A DNA stretch of 64,000 nucleotides from Pseudobdellovibrionaceae bacterium (GCA_023954155.1 JAMLIO010000002.1:130221-194220); one strand, 5' to 3'; shown: positions 35,991-46,268, counted from the first letter of the stretch. Notes: generated by a model from the letters alone, not told the origin. Translations and numbers: made by a program.

Positions 35991-36769
35991 AGGGTGCAGT
36001 ACTAGTACTGGGGATCGTATTTGGGGGACATCATATCGCGAGGGCTTCTGGGACTTGTGTTCCACATCTGTCTGAAAAGACCAGTGACAAGTTGATTCTT
36101 GCCATTGAACAGCTCAATCCTGAAATTTTATCGGGAAATAAAAACCCAGAACAATTGTATATAGATTTAAAAACTGAAGAAGCAGGTTGGGTAAGGCAGA
36201 CGGGGTATATAGACTACAACAGCCATAAGTTATCTGAGGCTCAAAAACAAAGAATCTTAGCCAATTATAAAATCAAAGATAACAGATTAGAAACAGATTA
36301 TGATTTTGCTCTTTTTTATATGAATCAAGTGCGCTTGCTTTATGTTCGAGTTTCAAATTTTATCTACAGTAGGATTTTAAGTGCTTCACTTGGAAGTGTA
36401 GTCACTCCTAGAAACAATGAATACGCGAAACATATCATCAACAGTCTTTTTGGCCATGAACTTACGTCAGTAGAAATGACTACAGAACGCTTTAAAGAAA
36501 CCATGAAGAGTGCGCCATGGCTGATGTTCCCTTGGTCAGAGGCCATTGCGATTTTTACGGCGTGGGAGGCTCAACCTGTTAAAGGCCCCAGAGAACTTGA
36601 TCAATTTTCTTATCAGATCAAAGAACAGTATGAAGGTAAAATTGCTCCAGAACATTTGGAGTTGATATTCCAAAGCCTGCGAGCCAGAGATGCCACTAAA
36701 GCCATCTGTTGCAAATCAGGAATTGGCTGCCAAAACTGTCCTCTTAATCGTCGGTTTCTACTGCCTTGA
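35978..36769 (+). CDS. hypothetical secreted protein with Cys-rich C-terminus
   Basis: GTG start with AGGGTGG SD and a 13-nt overlap. Tail AICCKSGIGCQNCPLNRR. Confidence 0.62.
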   Translation: MELLKGAVLVLGIVFGGHHIARASGTCVPHLSEKTSDKLILAIEQLNPEILSGNKNPEQLYIDLKTEEAGWVRQTGYIDYNSHKLSEAQKQRILANYKIKDNRLETDYDFALFYMNQVRLLYVRVSNFIYSRILSASLGSVVTPRNNEYAKHIINSLFGHELTSVEMTTERFKETMKSAPWLMFPWSEAIAIFTAWEAQPVKGPRELDQFSYQIKEQYEGKIAPEHLELIFQSLRARDATKAICCKSGIGCQNCPLNRRFLLP

Positions 36770-37162
36770 AGTTTCAATAGTGACGTTGCTAAAGCCGTAT
36801 TTTTTAACAAGGTCTAACACTTTGATGGTTTGACTTAAAGGGGTGTCTCTATCGCCTTTGATCACTAAAGCGGGTGGATGGGCTTCTAGAGAGACAAACT
36901 CCAGTTCGCGATCCAATTCTTTTAGACTGAGTTGGCGGTTGTGCAGATGGATCTTGTTGTCGTTAGTCAGTTCAATGGTGATCAGCTCAGGTTCATATAA
37001 AGGTTTTGCGGCTTGAGATATGGGAAGACTTAAGTTGAGCCCCTCTCTTTTGGCTACGTTTAAAAGCATAAACATAAACACAAAGATCAGCACAAAAATA
37101 CAATCTAAAATAGGGATAAGGTTGATGGAGGGGGAAGTGAGCTGTTCTTCTGGAAACTTCAT
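36758..37162 (-). CDS. exbD: ExbD/TolR-family biopolymer transport protein
   Basis: Single N-terminal TM helix (INLIPILDCIFVLIFVFMFM) plus a periplasmic domain (ITIELTNDNKIHLHN...LVIKGDRDTPLSQTIKVLD). Confidence 0.85.
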   Translation of the reverse strand: MKFPEEQLTSPSINLIPILDCIFVLIFVFMFMLLNVAKREGLNLSLPISQAAKPLYEPELITIELTNDNKIHLHNRQLSLKELDRELEFVSLEAHPPALVIKGDRDTPLSQTIKVLDLVKKYGFSNVTIETSRQ

Positions 37163-37177
37163 GGCTATATCCTTCAG

Positions 37178-37786
37178 TTAAGAGATCAAACTCTCAAGTG
37201 CTGAGAGGTCTCGTTCCAGTTTGGATTTCAGCTTTTCATAAGCACTGATATAATGATTGTAAAATAATAAAAAGGTGATGGAGAGTACAAGCCCCACAGC
37301 TGTGGTGATCAGAGCTTGCGACAGTCCTGCCATCATCAGCTGGCTATCAGGGACGGCGGCATCAGGTTGACTGCTAAGGCTTCCAATAGAAAGGATGATG
37401 CCTACCACCGTTCCTAAGATTCCTAAAAGAGGGCTGACAGTGATGAGGGTTTCAAGCAGTCGAAAGTTCTTTTTGGACTGATCCAAAAGCTGTTGTCCTA
37501 GAGATTGTAAAATCTGGGTGTGAATTCGCCCTTTACTAGCAAGGCAATGTCTTAAACACTTCAGGGACGGGTCATCCGAGCTAGAGTACACCTCTTTGGC
37601 TAAATCGTGCTGCTTGTGGGTCAGGTAGGTGTAAACCAGCTCTACATCTTGGGTGGAGTAGGTGCTTTTAAGCTTTTTCCAGTAGGCAGATCGCTCTATG
37701 ATGACAAAAACCCCGATGACAAACACCAAGGTCAGTGGCCACATGAGAATACCACCAGCGATAAAAAATCCTAAAACCTCTTTCAT
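37178..37786 (-). CDS. exbB: MotA/TolQ/ExbB-family proton channel protein
   Basis: Three TM segments with the conserved C-terminal region (SPLLGILGTVVGII ... GLSQALITTAVGLV). Confidence 0.88.
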   Translation of the reverse strand: MKEVLGFFIAGGILMWPLTLVFVIGVFVIIERSAYWKKLKSTYSTQDVELVYTYLTHKQHDLAKEVYSSSDDPSLKCLRHCLASKGRIHTQILQSLGQQLLDQSKKNFRLLETLITVSPLLGILGTVVGIILSIGSLSSQPDAAVPDSQLMMAGLSQALITTAVGLVLSITFLLFYNHYISAYEKLKSKLERDLSALESLIS

Positions 37787-37830
37787 AGCGAAAAAGGATA
37801 GTGGAAAATACAGGGGGTGGCTATAGGAAA

Positions 37831-38013
37831 TTACTTAATTTCTTTATGGATAGTGTGTCTTTTAAGAGCTGGATTGTATTTCTTTTTTTCCAGTCTTTCA
37901 GGGTGAGTCTGAGTGTTCTTTTTAGTGGTATAGCGAGAAGGGGATTTGCCTTCTTTTCGGGCTTCTGTGCACTCTAATGTGATAATACGGATTTTGCCTT
38001 TTTTCTTTGCCAT
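37831..38013 (-). CDS. rpmG: 50S ribosomal protein L33
   Basis: [33 protein letters not shown]...[20 protein letters not shown]. Start at the internal ATG of ORF 37831..38064. Confidence 0.93.
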   Translation of the reverse strand: MAKKKGKIRIITLECTEARKEGKSPSRYTTKKNTQTHPERLEKKKYNPALKRHTIHKEIK

Positions 38014-38233
38014 TATCTCACTCCTAAAGTGTAGATTTGTATTGTAACGCAACGGGCTTGTCAACAGGGTTTTCGCTAAGGGAAGGAGAGAGTGGAGTGC
38101 TGCTTTTTTGTGCTGTACTCCAAAGATATGGCGTTTGAGAGGCCCACGGGCAAAGCGTTGTCTTTTATGCCTCTATCCCATCATATTGCCAAGATGTCAG
38201 CTGTTGTGAGTGGAGGGTTAAGGGGTGAGTTCT

Positions 38234-38965
38234 TTACGCTCTTAAAATGTAGAGGTAGTTTTTGATGGTGGTCTCAAGTCCATCATAAAGAGCCTCGCTG
38301 ATCAGCGCGTGCCCTATGGACACCTCGCTGACGTGGGGGAAGTTCTCGCAAAAACAGGCTAGGTTTCTTTGGCTTAAGTCATGCCCTGCATTGAGGTCTA
38401 AGCCAGCGTCTAAAGCATCGTTGTAAAGTCTTTTATAGCGCTCTAGAGCTGCATTTATGGTTTTATGGTCAGCCGTTTCAAAGGCTTTGGCAAAGTCTTC
38501 GGTGTACATTTCTACGCGAGCGATTCCCACACTCTTAAGGAATTTGAGGTCTTCTAAAGAACAGGTTTCGGGCTCGACAAATACAGAGGCGCGGAAGTTT
38601 CTAAGTTGATCGGCGGTCTGTTCTAATAGGGCTTTGTTTGAGTTTACAATCCAACCTGCATTTGACGTTAAAACTTCTGGAGGGTCAGGGACCAAGGTCA
38701 CCTGCTGGGGCTCTACCTTGAGAATCAGTTCTAGAAAGTCTTTGGAGGGGTAGCCTTCAATATTAAATTCTGTGTGCACAACAGGGCGTAAATCAAAAAC
38801 ATCCTTACGGGTGATATGGCGTTCGTCAGGGCGAGGATGAACAGTGATCCCATGGGCGCCAAATTTTTGAATGCTTTTGGCGGCATCTACCACATTAGGG
38901 ACGTCCCCACCGCGTGCGTTTCGAAGTGTTGCGATTTTATTGATGTTTACACTGAGCTTTGTCAT
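38234..38965 (-). CDS. pdxJ: pyridoxine 5'-phosphate synthase
   Basis: LSVNINKIATLRNARGG, GITVHPRPDERHI, LNAGHDL and VSIGHALISEAL match PdxJ throughout. Confidence 0.95.
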   Translation of the reverse strand: MTKLSVNINKIATLRNARGGDVPNVVDAAKSIQKFGAHGITVHPRPDERHITRKDVFDLRPVVHTEFNIEGYPSKDFLELILKVEPQQVTLVPDPPEVLTSNAGWIVNSNKALLEQTADQLRNFRASVFVEPETCSLEDLKFLKSVGIARVEMYTEDFAKAFETADHKTINAALERYKRLYNDALDAGLDLNAGHDLSQRNLACFCENFPHVSEVSIGHALISEALYDGLETTIKNYLYILRA

Positions 38966-39091
38966 GACTGTGCTCTAACGAAAGGGCGAGTTTGCGTCAA
39001 GTTCTTGTCAAAAACGGAAAAGTTTTTATTTAGAACTTGGGTCTTGGTCGTTTATTGAATATATTCCTAGTAGGTTTCCAAGGAGCGTAAT

Positions 39092-39835
39092 GTGAATTCT
39101 CGATTGCTTTTTGTAGAAGATGAAGAAAATTTAGCGAAATTAGTTTCCTTACAACTTAGGGTTTATGGTTTTGATGTCGACTTGGCTTTTGATGGCGAAG
39201 AGGCCAGACACAAAATCTCTTCGGAACGCTATCGATTGATTTTGCTAGACAGAATGTTCCCAGAGGGGTCAGGCCTTTCACTTCTTAAAGAGATCAAAGA
39301 CAATACGGACACGCCCATTATTTTTGTAACGGCATTAAGTGCACCAGAGCACATCATTGAAGGTTTAGAAGCAGGTGCTGATGATTACGTGACAAAGCCT
39401 TTTGATGAACGTGTACTGGTTTCAAGAATTAGAGCCGTGCTCAGACGTTATGATCAGAAGCACATCCACCTAGCAGGGGCTGCGGGTATGGGAACGGTTG
39501 AGCCCTCTGCGAGCAGCAGTGGTGGTGCTACTGCGACATGGGTGAGTGTGGGACCTATTTCTGTAAACTCTCAAGCTTTTGAAGCGAGATTGTACGAACA
39601 GAAACTTCCTTTAACACGTTCGGAATTTTTACTTTTAGAAGCCTTGATCATGCAAAAGGGATGTGTTTTGACGCGTCAACAGCTGATCAAAACTGTACAG
39701 GGTGACGGAGTGAATGTCACTGGTCGTACGGTGGACACCCATATTTTTGGTTTAAGAAAAAAACTAGAAGACGCTGCGGATTTAATAGAGACTATTCGTG
39801 GTGTAGGGTATAGAATGCACTTTGATGAAGTTTAA
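39092..39835 (+). CDS. OmpR/PhoB-family response regulator
   Basis: Receiver domain (LLFVEDEE, ILLDRMFPEGSG, KPF). Winged-helix C-terminus (TVDTHIFGLRKKL, IETIRGVGYRM). About 30 aa of Ala/Gly/Ser-rich linker insertion. Confidence 0.92.
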   Translation: MNSRLLFVEDEENLAKLVSLQLRVYGFDVDLAFDGEEARHKISSERYRLILLDRMFPEGSGLSLLKEIKDNTDTPIIFVTALSAPEHIIEGLEAGADDYVTKPFDERVLVSRIRAVLRRYDQKHIHLAGAAGMGTVEPSASSSGGATATWVSVGPISVNSQAFEARLYEQKLPLTRSEFLLLEALIMQKGCVLTRQQLIKTVQGDGVNVTGRTVDTHIFGLRKKLEDAADLIETIRGVGYRMHFDEV

Positions 39836-41249
39836 GTTTCCGCAACGACTTTTTTTACGCGCTCTTATTGTGCAGATCATTGTGTTTACCGTAGGGTACA
39901 TCGCCTTTAGATTATTTTTACCTGAAGGAGCCCTAACTCAAAGTAGTAAGATCTATAGCTATGTGTTTTTCGCCTTTATTTCTGTCATCAATCTGATCAT
40001 CATTTTGGCCTATGTCTTGCGTCCCTTAATGCAGATCGTTCATCATCTTACACAAATGGTAGAGGATCAGGTCTTTAACGAGTTGTACCTGTCGCAACTG
40101 TCTGCCTACGATAAAACCCCTGGTGAGTGGCAAGAACTAGAAAAAGTGATCAAACGTTTGGTTAAGATCATTCGTAAAAACTTTAAAGCTTTATCTCGAG
40201 AAAAAATTGAATTGCAAGCTGTGATGAATTCTGTTGAGGAACCGATCTTTGCTATCGACCAAAATGAACGCGTGGTTTTTTATAACCCTGCCTTCGGAAT
40301 GGTCTTTGGTTTAGAGTCAGGTTCTTTAGAAGAACTTTATGCCCATCAAGTAGTGGCTGATGCTAATCTTTTACAGGTTTTAAGAAACAGTCTTAAAAAG
40401 GGAATTGCTGAAGAGCAATTTGTAAACATTTTGGTGGGCGGACAGGTGCATGTGTACATCGTGTCTGTGGCTCCGTTAAAACGTGAGACCGACATGTCCA
40501 CCTATGGTGTAGTGGCAGTACTGCGAGACCGTACCCATCAGATGGAGATCAATAAAAAACGCCTAGACTTTGTGGCCAATGCCTCGCATGAATTAAGAAC
40601 TCCTATTGCTATGATTTCAAGTTCGGTGAGTCTGATAGAAAGAAGCGTGTCTGATCCTCAGATATTTTCGGAAGTTCTATCAACCCTTAAAGAAAACACC
40701 TCTAGGTTGGTGGGTTTAACAGACAGTCTTCTAGATCTCTCCACCTTAGAAAACTCTGAGCAGATTGATATTGAACTGATCAACTGCAAAGAGTTCACTC
40801 ATACGGCATTTCGACTCAACCAGTTTGCAAACCAAAATATTGAGGTTCTGGCTGATGAAGACCTTTATGTGTACGCAGACCGTAAGCGACTTTTGCAGGT
40901 GATCACAAACTTAGTGACTAATGCCTTAAGATATTCTCCGAGTGGTGGAAAGATCTCTGTCATTTGGGAGAAAGACTCTAAAGGGATTATTCTCAGAGTA
41001 AGAGATCAGGGTCCTGGGATACCTCAAGACTTACAACGACGTATTTTTGAGCGATTTTATCGCGTGGATCAATCTCGAAGTCGTAAAGTTGGCGGGTTTG
41101 GTATTGGTCTTGCCATCGTCAACCACATTATGAAACTGCACAAAGGGGAAGTGTTTGTGAGCCCTGAATATAAAGCAGGTGCAGAGTTCACATGTGTTTT
41201 TCCTCTAGAAATTCAAGAGCAAGTTTTAAGTAGTGGCTTGGAGCAATAG
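39825..41249 (+). CDS. sensor histidine kinase
   Basis: Overlaps the response-regulator gene. Two TM segments, PAS-like region, H-box NASHELRTP, N/G boxes (NALRYSP, DQGPGIP, GGFGIGLAIV). Confidence 0.92.
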   Translation: MKFKFPQRLFLRALIVQIIVFTVGYIAFRLFLPEGALTQSSKIYSYVFFAFISVINLIIILAYVLRPLMQIVHHLTQMVEDQVFNELYLSQLSAYDKTPGEWQELEKVIKRLVKIIRKNFKALSREKIELQAVMNSVEEPIFAIDQNERVVFYNPAFGMVFGLESGSLEELYAHQVVADANLLQVLRNSLKKGIAEEQFVNILVGGQVHVYIVSVAPLKRETDMSTYGVVAVLRDRTHQMEINKKRLDFVANASHELRTPIAMISSSVSLIERSVSDPQIFSEVLSTLKENTSRLVGLTDSLLDLSTLENSEQIDIELINCKEFTHTAFRLNQFANQNIEVLADEDLYVYADRKRLLQVITNLVTNALRYSPSGGKISVIWEKDSKGIILRVRDQGPGIPQDLQRRIFERFYRVDQSRSRKVGGFGIGLAIVNHIMKLHKGEVFVSPEYKAGAEFTCVFPLEIQEQVLSSGLEQ

Positions 41250-42212
41250 GCCTGCTTCTTGGTTAAGCTGGGACTTTAAATCCTTTAAATCTGTAGTGAC
41301 CGTGGCTCCAGACGCGTGAGCGTGTCCACCACCGTTGAACTTTTCTGCAATGCCAAGCACTTTGATGTCGCCTTTGGATCGAAAACTGATTCTGTATGTG
41401 CCTTGTCGTTCTTCGCGAATCAAAATGGCAAGAACACATTGTCCCACACTCATAATCTGATCTAAAATATCATGGGTCTCTTCAATGCCAGCTTGGTGCT
41501 CTTGCATCTCTTGGGCAGAGATATAACAAATGGCGGATCTGTTGTTATTGCCAAATTCAATACGGCTTAAAATATGGCCCATAAATCGAAGCTTCTCAAT
41601 AGTGCCATTGGCAAAAAGCATCTGATGAATATAGGTGCTATCAATATTAAAACTTAAAAGCTTAGAGGCAATTTCGTAAGAGCGTTTGGAGCTTCTGATA
41701 AATTTAAAAACATGGGTGTCAAAAGCAATGCTTGTGTAAAGAGCAAAGGCAATGTCATCGTCTAATTCTAAATTTAACATTTCAATCAACTTAAAGGCGA
41801 TCTCACCTGTAGATGCACTGTTGACATCAATGATTGAACCCTCTGTGGGTTGAGGTCCTGACTGTAGGATTTGATGATGGTCTAAAAATATAAAAGGGCA
41901 GGTGTGGGCAAAGGCTTTATAAAGGGGTTCAACTAGTCGCTGGTCATTGGTGTCAAAGGCTAACACCAGATCAGGCTTCATTTTGGCAACCTCTTCAGAG
42001 AAGACTTTCACCACATGGTCCTTATTTATAAAATGATAGCGCGGATGTACGGGTTCATAGTGAACCACGTGCACGTCTTTGCCTGCTTTTTTTAAGGCAT
42101 AGTACATGGCCAGTTCTGAGCCAAACCCATCTGCATCGCAGTTTTTATGTGTAGTGAGTAAAATACATTTAGATTTAAGAATCTTTTCCGCAAGAGCTTT
42201 ATACGTATCCAT
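41226..42212 (-). CDS. DHH/DHHA1-family phosphoesterase (NrnA-like)
   Basis: DADGFGS, DTND, FLDHHQ and GGGHAHASG motifs. Confidence 0.88.
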   Translation of the reverse strand: MDTYKALAEKILKSKCILLTTHKNCDADGFGSELAMYYALKKAGKDVHVVHYEPVHPRYHFINKDHVVKVFSEEVAKMKPDLVLAFDTNDQRLVEPLYKAFAHTCPFIFLDHHQILQSGPQPTEGSIIDVNSASTGEIAFKLIEMLNLELDDDIAFALYTSIAFDTHVFKFIRSSKRSYEIASKLLSFNIDSTYIHQMLFANGTIEKLRFMGHILSRIEFGNNNRSAICYISAQEMQEHQAGIEETHDILDQIMSVGQCVLAILIREERQGTYRISFRSKGDIKVLGIAEKFNGGGHAHASGATVTTDLKDLKSQLNQEAGLLLQATT

Positions 42213-42257
42213 TAGTATAAGAGTGTACCTTTAAGGTCTTTTGGTAAAGACCTCGAC

Positions 42258-43595
42258 CTAAGAAATATACGAAAGGCCAAAAGTGGCGATGGTCAAAAAG
42301 ATCAAATAGCCGCCGATATCTGTACCCATCGTGACAAGCACACCGCTTCCCACCGCAGGGTCTTTACCCAAAGACTTAAGGATAATAGGAACCAAAGAGC
42401 CCATAGTGGCTGCAATGATGGAGTTGAGAAACATGGAGAGCCACAGTATGAGTCCAATAGTAAGGTCTTGCTTCCATCCATAAACCACTAAACAGGCTAC
42501 GGCTCCTGTACAAAAGCCCAGTGTGACACCCACGGTGATCTCTTTGATCAGAGCCTTTTTATAGGTTGTAAAATGAAACTCTCCGATGGCTAATCCTCGA
42601 GTGACCACGGTTAAAGTTTGTATGGCCGTATTGCCCCCTGTAGCTGCGCAGATGTTCATCAGACTGGCAAGGATTAACACTTCTGAGATGGTGCTTTCAA
42701 ATTGATGGATCACTAAACTGGCAAACCAAGCTAAAAACATATTTAAGACAAGCCAAGGGATACGATTTAAAAAAGAGAGATACGCCTTCATGGTCACAGA
42801 GTCCATCTGTTGCAGACCTGCTTGAGCGTAGATGTCGGCTGTGGCCTGCTCTTGGATTTCGTCTACCACATCATCAATAGTGATAAGGCCCACCATGCGG
42901 TGGTTTTCATTGAGCACGGGAATGGCCACTAGGTCATGCTGCTGAACCATATTGATCGCCACTTCGATGTCATCATGGGTACGACACGCAATCACATCGC
43001 GATTGATGATGTCATCTAAAGCCGATTGAGGTTCTGCCATGGCCAATTGCCTTAACGACGCCACACCAATGAGTTTGAGAGTGCTAGTGACACAATAGAT
43101 GTAATAAATGTAGTCGGTATTTTTGGCATGTTTGCGGATATAATCCAAACTTTCTTCGGCCGTAAGTTCTATGGGAATAGAAAAAAAATCCGTCTGCATC
43201 TGTCGACCGCAAGAATCCCTAGGGTATTCTAAATAACGTCGTAATTTTTGATGTTGAGGAAGCTGAGGTAAAAGCTCTTCGAGGCGGTCTTCTGTCAAAT
43301 AGCCTAAGAAAAATACCGAGTCATCAATGTCCGCCTTGCCAATCAGCTTTGTCCAGTCGGTGACTTCCAGAAGATCAATGATCTCAACAAGACGGGCTTC
43401 AGGAAGCTCCAGAAAGGCATCGACAATCTGCGTTAATTCCATGATCTCGTCTTTACGATTGAGGAAGTCGGCTTTGCTTAAGTTATTGATCCATCTGGAT
43501 AAATCCATATGCCTAAGAGCTGAGAGCTGTTTGCTGCTGATCAGACTTGGGTTTTTATTCAGCTGGGTTTGACCTTTTTTCCAGAAAGCAAACAT
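42258..43595 (-). CDS. mgtE: magnesium transporter MgtE
   Basis: MgtE N-domain, tandem CBS pair and C-terminal 5-TM domain (GNTAIQTLTVVTRGLA, DPAVGSGVLVTMGTDIGGY). Confidence 0.93.
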   Translation of the reverse strand: MFAFWKKGQTQLNKNPSLISSKQLSALRHMDLSRWINNLSKADFLNRKDEIMELTQIVDAFLELPEARLVEIIDLLEVTDWTKLIGKADIDDSVFFLGYLTEDRLEELLPQLPQHQKLRRYLEYPRDSCGRQMQTDFFSIPIELTAEESLDYIRKHAKNTDYIYYIYCVTSTLKLIGVASLRQLAMAEPQSALDDIINRDVIACRTHDDIEVAINMVQQHDLVAIPVLNENHRMVGLITIDDVVDEIQEQATADIYAQAGLQQMDSVTMKAYLSFLNRIPWLVLNMFLAWFASLVIHQFESTISEVLILASLMNICAATGGNTAIQTLTVVTRGLAIGEFHFTTYKKALIKEITVGVTLGFCTGAVACLVVYGWKQDLTIGLILWLSMFLNSIIAATMGSLVPIILKSLGKDPAVGSGVLVTMGTDIGGYLIFLTIATFGLSYIS

Positions 43596-43698
43596 GAAGA
43601 CGTCCCATCTCGTAAATTAAGATTGAAAATTAAGCTAAACATACTATATATTAGTCGCTTTAAGTTTAACAGCAATTTTCCATTTAAGGGAGGCTTAA

Positions 43699-44178
43699 GT
43701 GAGTAGTGATAAACAGCCCATGACAGTAAGAGGGCGTGATCTGCTTAATAAAGAGCTAAAAAATCTACTTCAGGTTGAAAGACCCAAGGCCATTAAAGCT
43801 ATTGAAGAGGCTCGAGGCCACGGCGACTTGAGTGAAAATGCTGACTATGATGCGGCCAAGGAACGTCAAGGTTTTATTGAATCCCGTATTAGTGAAATTC
43901 AAGCCAAATTGGCAAGTGCTGAAGTGATCAATCCTGCTGAAGTTCGTTCAGATAAAGTGGTCTTTGGGGCCACAGTGACTATTGTAGATTTAGACACAGA
44001 TAAAGAATCCACATATCAGCTTGTGGGTATTGATGAAGCCGACATTAAACAAGGTCTGCTCTCTGTATTTTCACCTTTAGGACGTGCTTTAATTGGCAAA
44101 AGAGGTGGGGACACTGTTGAAGTGCAATCTCCTCGTGGTGATAAAGAATACGAGATCGTAGACTTTGAATTTAAGTAA
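43699..44178 (+). CDS. greA: transcription elongation factor GreA
   Basis: GTG start with GGAGG SD. GDLSENADYDAAKERQGFIESRI and the C-terminal FKBP-like domain. Confidence 0.95.
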   Translation: MSSDKQPMTVRGRDLLNKELKNLLQVERPKAIKAIEEARGHGDLSENADYDAAKERQGFIESRISEIQAKLASAEVINPAEVRSDKVVFGATVTIVDLDTDKESTYQLVGIDEADIKQGLLSVFSPLGRALIGKRGGDTVEVQSPRGDKEYEIVDFEFK

Positions 44179-44199
44179 GAAGTATGTTCTTATAAACCT

Positions 44200-46242
44200 A
44201 TGAAACAGCCCGAACGCTCTAAGCGACTTTTCCAACTGTTTATCGTTACGTTTTTTATAGTCATGGCGGTCAGCGGTGGTACGCAGTTGTTTCTGTCACC
44301 CCAAAGAGTTGCGGGTTGGATTAAGACGGGGATTCCTGATTACGAACATTTGGATATAGAATTTAAAAAGGCTCAAGTGAGCTTTTCAGGAAGTTTTTTT
44401 CCTTTATTTGGGATCAAAGCTAAAGGAGTGATGATCAGATATCATGGTTGCTCAAATAGCTTCCAAATGAATGCTCCCTATATTTTGGTTCCCTTCTCTT
44501 TGATTGAAGCTTTTAGAGGTAAACTTCGTTTTGGCTATTTAAAAATAGGCGACGTGGATTTGCAGGTTCTTAAGAAAGACAATATTTGTATCGAACAAGA
44601 GCAGCAGTCTGCAAGTGAACCCGTAGAACCTACTCATAATGTCACGCAAGCCTTAGAGGGAAAAGATTACGATCAACTCTTTACAGCGCTCTTAAAACCC
44701 TTCCGTGGAGTAAAGGGATTAAAGATTCAAAAAGTAAATGTTTATGAACCAGTGACGGCACTTTGGGATGACCCCAAGGTGGCGTTGAGTGAAGCCAAAG
44801 AAAAAGTAAAACAGTTAGAAGCCGATAAAGAGACGGAAGCTTCGGAACTGCTTGCAGCCCAAGAAGATCTTGCGCAAATTCAAAATGCAAAACATGCCGA
44901 AGTGCAAAGGCTCAGGCTTACGTATGATAAGAGCAATGAGTCCATTCTACTTTTAGGGGGTATTAAAATCCTCTTACCAAGATTTGAAACCCTTAAACGA
45001 CTTCCAGTTTATTGGATCAACTTAGAGTTTAACAAAGCCAAGGGTCTTAAGATGAATGCTAAGGCCCGCTATAACGAAGGTCGTTTTTCTTTGAACTCTG
45101 ATTATCAAAAAGATTTGGATGATTTGAAGTTACATTGGAAGGCCAGCGATTTTCCGTTTTCATTTTTAGTGAAAACTTTTGATACCAAACAAACTCTGTC
45201 ACAGCTTAACACTCATCTTTTATGGTTAAATGGTGAAGGTGCGCTGCTAGCTAGCTATCACAAAAAACTGAGTTTAAATGTCCTAGCCCGCGTGCTACGT
45301 TTGCGCGGAGAAATGGTGGATGCTATTGCTGGGGATGTTGAGATTGCTGTTTATCCTAAGCTTGACGTGCAAAAGCCCTTTGAGTGGCGAATTGAAAAAT
45401 TAGACCTCGAACAGGCATCAGACTTTTTGGATCATAAAGGTTTGAGAGGTGTTTTACGACGTGCAGGACATATTCGTGGGTCGGGTATTGTCAATGGATT
45501 CCAAGATATTGTTTTTGAAGGCAGTGTTGAGGGGCTTGAGTTTTTCTTTTCCAGTTCTGGCCAAAGAGCATTCCAAAAAGTGGAAAAAGCGGAAATGAGT
45601 TTAGAGTACTACAAAGACAAATTCAGAATTGATCTGGAACGAATCACCTTTGGAGAGGGTGAAGTTGAAGGACAAATTGGTTTTGAACTTAAGCCTATTA
45701 AAAGCGACGAGTATCAGTGGAAGTTTCAGGCCAATGGCCAAAGCTTAAAGTTCAACAATCAAGTGTACGCGCTCTTTATGCTTGAGCCGTTTTCTTTTGA
45801 TAAGTTTGACATTACAGTGCAAGGACAGGAAAAGTACGCCAATCATATTCTGGTGAATGCAAAGATTGAAGAGTGCAAAACCTTATGGGGTGAGTTTGAA
45901 GGGATGAACCTACAGATCAAAGCCCAAGACCATAAAAAAATGTTTTTGCAAATGCAGTCTAAAAAGTTTGAAGTCAATTCAAAGTATGTGCAGACTGCGG
46001 ACTTGATCCCTAATCATCTTGAGAATGCCGTTGTGAAAATGGATCTTTTGTTAGATCAAGATTTAGGAAGCTTAGAGTTTATCGCACAAGCTCCAAAGGT
46101 GGGGCCACTGAAATTGACGGCAAAAGAGATACCGTACAAAACAAAATCTTTGTCTTTTAATGGCCACCTCACAAGAGCAGGAAAGTCTTATGAGGTTCAT
46201 GGGGACTTAGAGGGCGGATACAAATTTAAACTTGCTGAATAA
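44200..46242 (+). CDS. large membrane-anchored hypothetical protein
   Basis: 680-aa ORF with an N-terminal TM anchor (LFQLFIVTFFIVMAVSGG). No motif recognised. AsmA-like architecture is only a guess. Confidence 0.7.
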   Translation: MKQPERSKRLFQLFIVTFFIVMAVSGGTQLFLSPQRVAGWIKTGIPDYEHLDIEFKKAQVSFSGSFFPLFGIKAKGVMIRYHGCSNSFQMNAPYILVPFSLIEAFRGKLRFGYLKIGDVDLQVLKKDNICIEQEQQSASEPVEPTHNVTQALEGKDYDQLFTALLKPFRGVKGLKIQKVNVYEPVTALWDDPKVALSEAKEKVKQLEADKETEASELLAAQEDLAQIQNAKHAEVQRLRLTYDKSNESILLLGGIKILLPRFETLKRLPVYWINLEFNKAKGLKMNAKARYNEGRFSLNSDYQKDLDDLKLHWKASDFPFSFLVKTFDTKQTLSQLNTHLLWLNGEGALLASYHKKLSLNVLARVLRLRGEMVDAIAGDVEIAVYPKLDVQKPFEWRIEKLDLEQASDFLDHKGLRGVLRRAGHIRGSGIVNGFQDIVFEGSVEGLEFFFSSSGQRAFQKVEKAEMSLEYYKDKFRIDLERITFGEGEVEGQIGFELKPIKSDEYQWKFQANGQSLKFNNQVYALFMLEPFSFDKFDITVQGQEKYANHILVNAKIEECKTLWGEFEGMNLQIKAQDHKKMFLQMQSKKFEVNSKYVQTADLIPNHLENAVVKMDLLLDQDLGSLEFIAQAPKVGPLKLTAKEIPYKTKSLSFNGHLTRAGKSYEVHGDLEGGYKFKLAE

Positions 46243-46268
46243 AGAATACCCTTTGGCTTTTATAGATT

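Noticed and set aside
43596-43698. M-box (Mg) riboswitch upstream of mgtE
   Set aside because: The intergenic region is only about 100 nt and is shared with the divergent greA promoter. That is too short for an M-box, and I recognised none of its conserved helices.
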